A stretch of DNA of 54,550 bases from Octopus sinensis. Lineage: Eukaryota. The notes below the pieces were generated by a model. It ran no database searches and was not told where the DNA came from. It saw only the letters and a program-made list of their open reading frames with translations. The position numbers and the translations under genes are program-made. The stretch is from NCBI RefSeq assembly GCF_006345805.1, contig NW_021833810.1:1-54550 (forward strand), given 5' to 3'. Below, one piece after another: positions 37,231 through 48,530 of this stretch (position 1 is the stretch's first letter; the number at the start of each line of letters is the position of its first letter).

Positions 37231-38104
37231 TGTGTGTGTGTGTGTGTGTGTTGTGTATGTGTGTGTGTGTGCTACAGGGCAAAAGTAATCAGCCTTCTAC
37301 TTTTACACCTCGCTCACAATTTACAATGCTCCCCAACCTCGGATTCATTCCACACCAACTAAGATAAATGAAAAGCAGACGTGTCACCACTGTCATTTCA
37401 AAGTTGTCTATCTATTCATGTTATCAATTAGTATTTTCTTTTCTTTCCTTTTCTTTTCTTTCTTTTTCCTTCTCTTTTTTTTTTTTTTTTTGTGCGTGTG
37501 TGATGAAGCATGATGGTTTCTGCTCAATTTACAACTAATTTGCAAGTGGTTTCATTTGAGACCGCGTGTTGAAACTAAAACGATTGCAGCGTAACAAATA
37601 TTGGTTTCAAATTTTTGGCACAAGGCCAGCAATTTCAGATGAGGTGAGCAAGTCAATTACATCGACCCCAGTGTTTAACTGCTACTTATTTTATCTTTGT
37701 CTTTTTTTTACTCTCGTACATTGATACAATGTCTCTATACAATATTAAAGTGAGACGTAAATCTCTTTTAAATTGTATTGTATTCGGTTTTATGTCTAGA
37801 TTTTTTGATAATTGAGATAAGACCACTCCTAACCTAGATTCATTGGAATTTTAAACATCAACATGGTATTTGTGCATGTCTGTGTGTATGTGTGCAATAA
37901 GTGGAGTCAGTGTTGATGCAGATTTGTGTTTTGTTTTATGCATGTATTCTCAAGAATGTAGTTGCATGTCTAGACACGTGCATATATACTTAAATGCTAA
38001 ACTTTTGAAGGCTGTGTGGTAAGTAGCTTGCTTATGAACCAGATGGTTCCAGGTTCAGTCCCACTGCGTGGCATCTTGGGCAAGTGTCTATGCTAAACTT
38101 TTGG

Positions 38105-38490
38105 AGGCGCAGGAGTGGCTGTGTTGTATGTAGCTTGCTTACCAACCACATGGCTCCGGGTTCAGTCCCACTGCGTGGCATCTTGGGCAAGTGTCTTATA
38201 CTATAGCCCCGGGCCGACCAAAGCCTTGTGAGTGGACTTGGTAGACGGAAACTGAAAAGAATCCCGTCGTGTGTGTATGCATTTGTATGTCTGTGTTTGT
38301 CCCCCTAGCATTGCTTGACAACCGATGCTGGTGTGTTCATGTCCCCGTAACTTAGCGGTTCGGCAAAGGAGACCGATAGAATAAGTACTGGGCTTACAAA
38401 GAATAAGTCCCGGGGTCGACTTGCTTGACTAAAGGCGGTGCTCCAGCATGGCCGCAGTCAAATGACCGAAACAAGTAAAAGAGTAAAAGA
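38105..38490 (+). mobile_element. SINE A, full length, preceded by a duplicated head (~38010-38090)
   Basis: Match to family A. Confidence 0.85.
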
Positions 38491-38499
38491 GTAAAGAGA

Positions 38500-39500
38500 G
38501 TATTTTGACAGTTCCATTGATGGCTGGTATATGTAATCTCTTAATTAGCTTTCTCTGGTTCTGAGAAGCCTAACTTCACAAATTTGGTGCTGATGCAGTT
38601 TGTTTCATACCCCAGTTCCTCAATAATTACGGGTATAAATTTGAACATAAAGTTGTAACTTTCTTAGTAGTTCAGTGCAGGTATCTTCTTTTTCGCAAAT
38701 CTTTTGTTGACATCCGCTGATCAACTGATTTCCACTAATGTACCTAGTTTCTCTTCTCTGTTTCAAATCAGAAAATCATGTCTCTTATGTTTGCACTCTA
38801 TTGAAGTTTTCACTAGGTCATTCCACCAGTACACTTAAAAATTATGAGTGGCTATGGTCTGTACCACACTGTGCATTCCTCTCACTTTGGCACCAGAATC
38901 GTCTTTCTGACGGATTTCATTATATAGTGTTTTGGCTACATTATGTCTCATCGGTAGATAATAATGCAAGGACATTTTCAAACAACTGCTCATGATGTGG
39001 GTGATATTTTCCGTGTTAACTCCACATCTGCATCGGTTTTCTTATTTTGGTGTTTTTCCAGTAGCTACCCCCTTTGTGCACCATGAATTTGCTATTTCTT
39101 GTCCCTGGATTTCAAATGCACACCCTTCAAAGTGAGAGTCAGTGACCTGATTTGTTGACCCACAATAGATTACTTTGATTATCTATGTTAAAATCATCCT
39201 GGAACCTTCTAACATATCCATTCATGGTCTATTGCTGATATGCACTCATCCTTTCATCTGGTGATATGTTGTGGTAGAGTCGTGCAACTTCTCTGGCAAT
39301 TTAATCAAAGTTATCAGACGTGAAATATTTCTCAAGGAAGTCTCGCGGTGTTATCTACCTCGTCTATGCAAATTTGGTCAAGAGATGCACGTCGATACTT
39401 GGTATCGTTTTTGGCAGAGGCAGTCTACGCACTGTTTATGTGAATATTATTTGTATTAGTCAATATCTTACGAGTTTTTTGTGGTTCGGATTTCATCAAG
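38500..39500 (-). pseudogene. Decayed R4/Dong-like non-LTR element C-terminus (CCHC plus restriction-like endonuclease)
   Basis: Fragments read across stops and frameshifts: CRCGVNTENITHIMSSC..YYLPMRHNVAK...KHK RHD.LI.NREEK...LVEIS..ADVN...EKED...FIPVII..LG...GTVKI. Confidence 0.6.
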
Positions 39501-39764
39501 CGTCCAATCAAGTGGTTCAAACGTTGGAATGAGTGTAGTAGTGTAGCAATTCTCAATTTTGTTAATACAGAGGTTGAAAAGATTGACCAAACATAAGCTT
39601 TACTCTTCTAAGAACGAGAGTACAGTATCCGTCAGTAGTAGTTTTAGTCATTGGCCTAGCTGGTCAGCGGACAGCCATGTTTCAATATCATTTTTCTATG
39701 CCTAGTTTTCATTCCAAAGCCTCGTTTTCAGCTAGCTGTAGTAATATTAACGGTAGTGAATATA

Positions 39765-40992
39765 TAAGGCTGAGTAAAAAGTAAGCAACGTTTTGAAACA
39801 TGAAATTGATCACAATATATTTCAACAATGCGGAAGTTTTATTCATCGATGTAAGAACTATTACAAAAAATATGTTTGCCAACGAGTTACAAGTTTGTTT
39901 ATTCTAGTAACATAAAAATCTGGAGTTCTGGAGCTGATGAACTCTTTGAACACACTTTCAGCATCGGTTTGAGTTTTTAACTCCTTCTCTCACAGGAAAC
40001 CATCAAGGTGCTTGAAAAAGTGGTTGTCGGTAGGAGAGAGGTCTGGGGAATAAGCTGGGTGGGGAAGAACTTCGTAGCCAAGTTCCCTCAACTTCTGGAG
40101 CATCATTAGTGAAACGTGTGGTCAAGCATTGTCATGGAGAATGACTGACCCTCTTCTGTTGACCAGTCTGGGACGGAGGAGGAGCAGTTTTTCGTTCATT
40201 TTCGCAATTTCATGGCAATATGTTTCTGTAGTAATGGCTTTTCCGGGTTTAAGAATTTATAGTGGATGAGTCCAGTAGTACACCACCAAACAGTCATCAC
40301 AACCTTCTTTATGAAGAGTTCGGGTTTACGGAAGGTTTTCGGAGCTTCCTTTTGCTCAAACCACTACGAAGAACGTTTTTTATTATTGTATAGAATCCAC
40401 TTTTCATCGCAAGTTACAATACGGTCGAGAAATGGATCGGTTACGGAGATAAGCAAATTTCATATCTGCATATTTTCGGACTTTCATTCAAATCGCGTGG
40501 TACCCATTTGTCGAGCATTTTTGATTTTCCGATCACATGTAAATGGTTGCAGGCAGAAGTTCTTTTGCTAGTTCTCGAGTAGTTTTATGTGGATCTTTCT
40601 CAATGACGGTCTTTAATTGACCGTCATCGATGACAGATGGGCATCCACTATGCTCGCGATCTTCAAGGCCCAGGTCTCCACTGCGAAATCGTTTAAACCA
40701 CTTTCGAGCTGATCACTGGTCATTTCCTCACCAAGCGTTTCATTGATATCGCGAGCCGTTTCAGCTGCTTTACGTCCTTTTTTATAGTTGAATAGCAAAA
40801 TTGCTCGAATATCTCAGATGATTGTAACAACGGTGAAAAAAATATCAATGTTAATTTATTGATGCATTTGGGCGAGTCTATGTCTGTGTTATCAGACAAT
40901 TTCAAAAAAATGCTTAAAGAAATTCAAAACTGCAAAAGTCCGGTATAAATTCTCCATAGTTCAAAATGTTGCTTACTTTTTACTTAACCTGA
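39765..40992 (-). mobile_element. Full-length decayed mariner (Mos1/Hsmar1-like)
   Basis: ~30-bp TIRs (gtaaaaagtaagcaac(g/a)ttttgaa) with TA flanks; KAAETARDIN, ILHDNA and HPAYSPDLSPTD are readable through frameshifts. Confidence 0.85.
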
Positions 40993-40999
40993 TAGCACG

Positions 41000-43900
41000 T
41001 ATAGTTACAGTAATAATATCAGTAATTATTACCACATTCTCCCCGCTGAAGAATCTGAGTACTACCAAGTGAGTTTTGTAAAGTTCTTAGGCATCAAAAT
41101 ATAGCATGGAGTATTACAATATTCCAGATAGTTTACGTCTTTTGACTTCGCAAATTGTATGCGTGTGTAGGTGCTGTTGACCAGCCTTTTGGTTTCTCAA
41201 GTTCTATGAGTGTAGACGCTGTTGACCTGCTTTCAATTGCTCAGGGTTATCAAATTTTGAGCTGTTAGCTTCTTCTTTAGGATCGATATCACTGGTTCTA
41301 GTTTCAACTGCCGGTGTTTCCGCTTTGAGATCGTTCACAGGTTGCACAATGAGGTATCAAACTCGGCCGGTGTATCGAAAAATTTCGTATCTCCCCCATG
41401 CCCCGCAACTAGATGTTTCAACGAAACCGTTTCCCCCATGCCGCTCCATAAGCATACAGTGGATTGCATTCAAGTAACTCAACCTTTTCTACTGCGGGAT
41501 TGTATTTTCTTCAGGAGCACTGATCCACCCTCCACTGGCCATTCTGGTAGTGAGATCCCAGAAGATGTGCTGCGGTAAAAACTGAACAGCCTCTCGTGAG
41601 GCGTGGTGTAAGTGGCCGTACAGAGGAGGCAACGGATAGAGTGCAGAGCATCAAGAAGTACGCGCTGCCAGTGACTTGCACTCAATCCCTTACACTTCAG
41701 TTCCAAAGTAATGGTTTTCCTTAAGATTGAATTGAGCTTTTCGACCTCAACATTCCTCGCTGGACTGTATGAGATTGTCCTACTGGTCGCTATGCCTTTA
41801 TTATGGAGGAATTGTCTCAGTTCAGCTGACATGAAGGCAGCGTCACGATCGGAATAGATGAAATAAAGTCTAAAAATCGAAATAGTTGGCAGAGACAAGG
41901 AATGGCAATAGCGGCTGATATATCTGAATATGTGAACGCAAATGAGAATCTAGAAAATTCATGGATAATTGTAAGTAGGTATTTGTTGTGATTAGTGGAT
42001 GGGAGTGGACCCTTAAAGTCTATGCTTAATCTCTCGAACGGCTGAGTGACCTTCACAAGTTTGGCTGTCAGTGACACAAAGCATCAGGCTTCATTTCGGC
42101 GCATGTGGCACATTGAGACGTCACAGATTTTACGTCATGAGTGGAAAATGGTAGATTCTTTGACCGCACGAAACAGAACAATCACGTCACGCCTGGCTGG
42201 CACAAGGATTCGTGGAGCTGTGTAAGGTCCATGAGGGTAGAAGATGCGCAATAACCCCGAGAAAAAGCATCATCAGCTCTGTTATTACCCGGCCGATAAA
42301 CGACATCATATTTGAAACAAGATAGCTCAATACGCCATTGTCGTTCTTGACTTTACCTTTATCTTCGTTGTTGAATATGAAAGCCATGGACCGTTGGTCG
42401 GTTACTAACTGAAAAGGAACTCCGATAAGGTAGTGCTTCCATTTACGAAGAGCTTCAATGATGGCGTAGACTTCCTTTTCGACTGGTTCCGTTCGTTGCG
42501 CGTATGCGCTTTGGAGAAGAAGGTTACGCATCGTCCATTCTGGTTCAAGGTTGCGGTGATAGCAATATCAGTATGGCTATGTTTACTTGTTCATACTGTT
42601 TCAAAAAATCGTACCCAAGTAAGACATTTGAACAAAGCCCAGGTAAAACAAAGCTTCACATTGGGGTAATCATTGTCACGATAGACCAATTCGGCAAAAC
42701 AGTGACTTTGTGTAACGCTTGACAATGTAGTGGAAGCACTCCGTCGGTTACGACGATGAGGGTTCCGGTTGATCCGAATCAACGGAACAGCCTGCTCGTG
42801 AAATTAACGTGTAAGTGGCTGAGCACTCCACAGACACATGCACCCTTAACGTAGTTCTCGGGGATATTCAGCGTGACACAGAGAGTGACAAGGCCGCACC
42901 TTTGAAATACAGGTACAACAGAAACAGAAGTAAGAGTGAGAGAAAGTTGTGGTGAAAGAGTACAGCAGGGATCACCACCATCCCTTGCCGGAGCCTCGTG
43001 GAGCTTTAGGTGTTTTTACTCAATAAACACTCACAACGCCCGGTCTGGGAATCGAAACCGCGATCCTATGACCGCGAGTCCGCTGCCCTAACCACTGGGC
43101 CATTGCGCCTCCACAGACAATGTAGTAGAGGCCATCGAAATCGGAATGTTTGATGAATAGATACGCCAACAATGTGAGTGTACAATATGAGATGATGTAT
43201 AACTATTAGAGCTTCCAGTATCAATCAGAGCATTGAGTTTAATACCATTTACGTACACCTTAATAACGGCAGAAAACAATGATGCCGGAAGAGCTGCAGA
43301 GAATATGGCAGACAATGTGGGATCTGTGTATGTAACAAAGCATTTGTTCATGCGAGACGATTGCCATACACGATGGAAGTGACAGACTTCGTTGCAAGCT
43401 TTACATGTCGCTTCCCGAGCTGGACACTTGGAGTGTGGGTGTCTGTTGTAGCCACAGAACAAACACATAGGCGTGGCGGCTGATAAATTGGCGTCGGGTA
43501 CAGTGTCGTGTTTCGTGCTGGGAGGACGTGCAACACAGGCTTCATTAAGAGGAACGACTGACCTTAAGTAACTTGAAGATTGAGTCTCTGCCGTCTCCGG
43601 CATCCGTGCTTGGATGAGGGCTCGGGCGAGATCTAGATTGTCCTGCTCCAACAACTGTTGGCCTATGCTACTAGAATGCATGCCACTTATGAAGGCATCT
43701 CTTACAACTTCGTTGAGATTTTCGGTAGCTGAGGCAACTTTGTATCCACAGTCTTTCGCCAAAAGTTTGAGCTTCTGGAAGTTTTGATCTAAACTCCGTC
43801 CGTACTCCTTTTTGCAAGTGTATAACAGGTGATGTGTATGCACTACATTCTTTAGTTTCACGTATAGTGAGGTAAGAACATCAAGGGATTAGGTGTACGT

Positions 43901-44250
43901 GTTGCAGTCCGCGATATATTCAAACGTGTCAGGGTCAATATGGTTCGGGAATTCTGGAGTTGTTAGGGGCGTGGAGCCACTCTTAATTATCATCACTCCT
44001 GACTCTAGAAAGCAGTACCTATCAGAGGCCAATATTTGGGTTAAATAGATATTCCAGGTGATGAGGAGGCTCCCATTATCTTTGACAAAGCTGTTGGGAA
44101 AGCAGATCTTCAAGGAGAAAGATACTCTGGCATAAAACGTACCGCCAAACTAGTACCAGTCACCTTGCAATACTTGTCATTGGAACCGACGAGAGAGTGG
44201 CAAAAGTGGTGTACAAAAGTGGCGTACAAGCATCCAATGATGTACAGATG
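41000..44250 (-). mobile_element. Gypsy-like LTR retrotransposon relic (gag with Zn knuckles, protease, RNase H, integrase; RT absent)
   Basis: CLFCGYNRHPHSKC knuckle; ALIDTGS protease; EKEVYAII.AL.KWKHYL..VTDQRS RNase H; FERLSIDFKGPLP and SDR...FMS integrase; purine tract gcggggagaa before TG at 41036. LTR pair not resolved. Confidence 0.85.
42735..43114 (-). mobile_element. SINE C inserted in the Gypsy protease region
   Basis: 11-bp TSD gacaatgtagt (42721-42731 and 43116-43126). Confidence 0.9.
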
Positions 44251-44451
44251 TCTCACTATAATTTCATTTCTTGATCCGTTTTGTATTTAATCTTAATTTT
44301 AATTTCAATTTAAAACCTTCTCCCTTTTTTCTATATATATATTTTTTACTTACTTATATTCCTTTTAATCATTTGCAATTTCTCTTTCTTGACATTGTCT
44401 ATTCCGTATATTTTTCCAATCGTTTTCGCACAGTTTTTTATTCAACTATTA

Positions 44452-44830
44452 CTATTTTACTTGTTTCAGTCATTTGACTGCGGCCATGCTGGAGCACCGC
44501 CTTTAATCGAGCAACTCGACCCCATGGACTTATTCTTTTGTAAGCCCAGTACTCGGTCTCTTTTGCCGAACCGCTAAGTAACGGGGACATAAACACACCA
44601 GCATCGGTTGTCAAGCAATGCTAGGGGGACAAACACAGACGCACAAACACACACACGCATACATATATATACATATATTCGACGGGCTTCTTTCAGTTTC
44701 CGTCTACCAAATCCACTCACAAGGCATTGGTCGGCCCGAGGCTATAGCAGAAGACACTTGCCCAAGGTGCCACGCAGTGGGACTGAACCCGGAACCATGT
44801 GGTTGGTAAACAAGCTACTTACCACACGGC
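44452..44830 (-). mobile_element. SINE A, full length
   Basis: Match to family A. Confidence 0.85.
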
Positions 44831-45071
44831 CAACCCCCACTGGCAGCGAATTATACACAATTAATTCTTTTTTAATTTGTCAACCATTAAGATGTGAATG
44901 CTTCTTTGTTGAACTGGTGTCCACAAAATATGATATATACACACAATTTATAAATTTCAAAATTTCATTAAACTTTATTATAAAAAGTGTCTGACACACG
45001 GTCACATGAAACTCTGAGCAACAGTTTGTGAAGTTTATTTTCGCTTATATATATGTATATATATATATATA

Positions 45072-45449
45072 CTAGCAGTATCGCCCGGCGTTGCTCAGGT
45101 TTGTAAGGGAAATAACTATAAAGCATTTTTAGAGAGTTATAGCCAAAAAATAGCAAAAAAATGGAAAAATATGATGGTAAATTTTTTTTAGTTAAAAAAG
45201 GTGGAGTTGCGTCCCCTAGACAGTTTGCGGTTTGTGTTTCTCATTCTCGACCCCATGTCGAATTTATCGATTTTTTTCAGAACTGGGGGAACTTTTCAAA
45301 ATTTTCGCTGCGTTAGTTTTGAATTATGACATTGGGCTATGTGTGTGTCAAGTTTCATCAGAATCGGTTGAAAGCCGTGGTCAGGGTGAGGTACAAGCAA
45401 ACAGACACACAGAAACACGCACAGACAAACTGCCGTTTATATAGAGAGA
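45072..45449 (-). mobile_element. Short non-autonomous Helitron (copy 3)
   Basis: Same 3' hairpin-CTAG end as copies 1 and 2; A|TC 5' end; different interior. Confidence 0.7.
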
Positions 45450-45480
45450 TATAGATATATATATATATATATATATATAT

Positions 45481-45516
<36 letters not shown>

Positions 45517-45524
45517 ATATATAC

Positions 45525-45561
<37 letters not shown>

Positions 45562-45604
45562 ATATATATATGTATATATATATATATATATACATATATA
45601 TATG

Positions 45605-45636
<32 letters not shown>

Positions 45637-45668
45637 TATGATATATATTATATATATATAGTTATATA

Positions 45669-45701
<33 letters not shown>

Positions 45702-45702
45702 G

Positions 45703-45734
<32 letters not shown>

Positions 45735-45739
45735 CATAT

Positions 45740-45777
<38 letters not shown>

Positions 45778-45794
45778 ATATTATATATATATAT

Positions 45795-45832
<38 letters not shown>

Positions 45833-45963
45833 TATATAGAAGGAGCTTCTACAGGACTAGTACTGTTTCATTCAAGCTCCTTCTATATAATAATTAATTT
45901 TACTCTGCTATGTATTGAGTACCTTACTTACTGTGGTTAACCCCGGATCAACCCGGGACCTAC

Positions 45964-45998
<35 letters not shown>

Positions 45999-46064
45999 CA
46001 TATATATATATACATATATACATATATATATGTATATATATGTATATATATATATATATATAGG

Positions 46065-46095
<31 letters not shown>

Positions 46096-46613
46096 TATAT
46101 ATGTATATATATATATATATAATATATATATATATAGTATATATATATATATACATATATATATTATATATATATATATCTATATATATATATATATATG
46201 TAATATATATATATAGATAAGAAAGTTTGTTTGGTAAAGCACGTGGGTGAATATATAAGAAAATAGTAAAGTGTGAAAAAACGACAGAAGTCTTAAATGT
46301 TAAAAAATATATATATTTGTGTCAAAATGTCTGGAGAATATTGGAAAAATTTTTTTTCCTTTCCTTAAAATGACATAATTTAAAAAATTTTTAAGAAATT
46401 ACCGGTTTCGCGTGTAGCTTTTCAAATTCTTGTGACGTCACAAGAAATTTGAAAAGCTACACGCGAAACCGGTAATTTCTTTAAAAATTTTTTAATTATG
46501 TCATTTTAAGGAAAGGAAAAAAAATTTCCAATATTCTCCAGACATTTTGACACAAATATATATATTTTTTAACATTTAAGACTTCTGTCGTTTTTTCACA
46601 CTTACTATTTTCT

Positions 46614-46644
<31 letters not shown>

Positions 46645-46656
46645 ATATATATATGT

Positions 46657-46712
<56 letters not shown>

Positions 46713-47153
46713 ATGTATATATATATATGTATATATATATATATAAGATAGATAAGTTAAGTTTGTTTGGTAAAGCACGTGGGTGAATTATAAGAAAATA
46801 GTAAAGTGTGAAAAAACGACAGAAGTCTTAAATGTTTAAAAAAATATATATATTTGTGTCAAAATGTCTGGAGAATATTGGAAAAATTTTTTTTCCTTTC
46901 CTTAAAATGACATAATTTAAAAAATTTTTAAGAAATTACCGGTTTCGCGTGTAGCTTTTCAAATTTCTTGTGACGTCACAAGAAATTTGAAAAGCTACAC
47001 GCGAAACCGGTAATTTCTTTAAAAATTTTTTAAATTATGTCATTTTAAGGAAAGGAAAAAAAATTTCCAATATTCTCCAGACATTTTGACACAAATATAT
47101 ATATTTTTTAACATTTAAGACTTCTGTCGTTTTTTCACACTGTACTATTTTCT

Positions 47154-47184
<31 letters not shown>

Positions 47185-47218
47185 ATATATATATGTATAT
47201 ATATATATATATATATAT

Positions 47219-47264
<46 letters not shown>

Positions 47265-47325
47265 CAGATATATATATATACATATGTACATATATATATA
47301 TATGTAGTATATATATATATAATAT

Positions 47326-47376
<51 letters not shown>

Positions 47377-47385
47377 TATATATAT
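45450..47385. repeat. ~2-kb (TA)n field containing inserted palindromic segments
   Basis: Direct reading. Confidence 0.95.
46251..47158. repeat. Two tandem ~370-bp loop-less palindromes (centres GAC|GTC at 46436/7 and 46974/5; period 538 bp)
   Basis: cttgtgac|gtcacaag; arms contain taccggtttcgcgtgtagc / gctacacgcgaaaccggta. Confidence 0.95.
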
Positions 47386-48530
47386 CAGCTGAAGTTGTCT
47401 CTGTGAGTGGTGGATGGAGATTTTGTAGCCTTCAACTAACACTATCTTCTCCGAGACCCTGCGGCGCAAGTTGAGCAAAATTGAGAGTATGATAGAAGAA
47501 GGCTTGCTCTTCCCTCCGTAGAAGAAAAAATTCAAATCGGACCATGTTAACACTAAAAATTATTTACATCAAAAAACGGTGCAGTTCGAGATTTGAGCGT
47601 CAACAGATAACTAATGCTAATAATTTCGTTTCGGATTTAGTTTGCAAGATTCTTTATGTGAGTTCGTGTGTTGAAGCATATTCTGTTGTGTCTGGGGAGA
47701 GTCATTCTCTTTTAGTGCCTTATTATTTAACACACTCACCGGTGCAATATCCACTTATTTGTTATTTTTATTTTCTAAAATTTTGGTTGCGTCTTGCAAC
47801 CCTTTCAATAGTCTTGACTCTGTCCGTTATTTACACTGCGTTCCCTTTTGTTTGTTTGTGCGCATGTGTGTGGGTCAGTGTGTGTGTGTATGCCTATACA
47901 TGCATGCATGTACGTATTATGTGTGTGTGTGTTTGCATGTGTATGTATGTATATATGTGTGTGTATGCATATGTATGTATGTGTGTGCATATTTATGTGA
48001 TTGCCTGTCCGTGTTTGTGTATTTTCTATGTATGTGTGTGTGAGCATGTGTTTGTATATGTATGCACCTCTGTGTCCTTGCATGTGCATGTCTGTGTATG
48101 TGTGTGTGTGTTATGCAACTATGTACCATGTTTGTATGTATGGATGTGCATCTTTATATGTGTGAATCCGTGTCTCCATACGTATCTGTTCGTATAGTCT
48201 ATATACCTATCTATTTGTATATTGATCTGTTTATTTACATATCTAAATGCTTACATACAGAAATAAAAAATAGAAAATAAAAAATAGAAAAAATTAAAAA
48301 AATTAAAAATATAAAAAATAACAGACAGAGTCAAGACTATTGAAAAGGTTGCAAAACGCAACGAAAACTTTAGAAAATAAAAATAAGAAATAAGTGGAAA
48401 TTTTACCGGTGAGTGTGTTAAATAATAAGGCTCTAAAAGAGAATGACTCTTTAGCTCGGACCCCACGAGCCCCGCCTCACCACTGATACTTTGGTTTCGT
48501 CTTGTTTTACATTTATGTGGTATCATCCAC

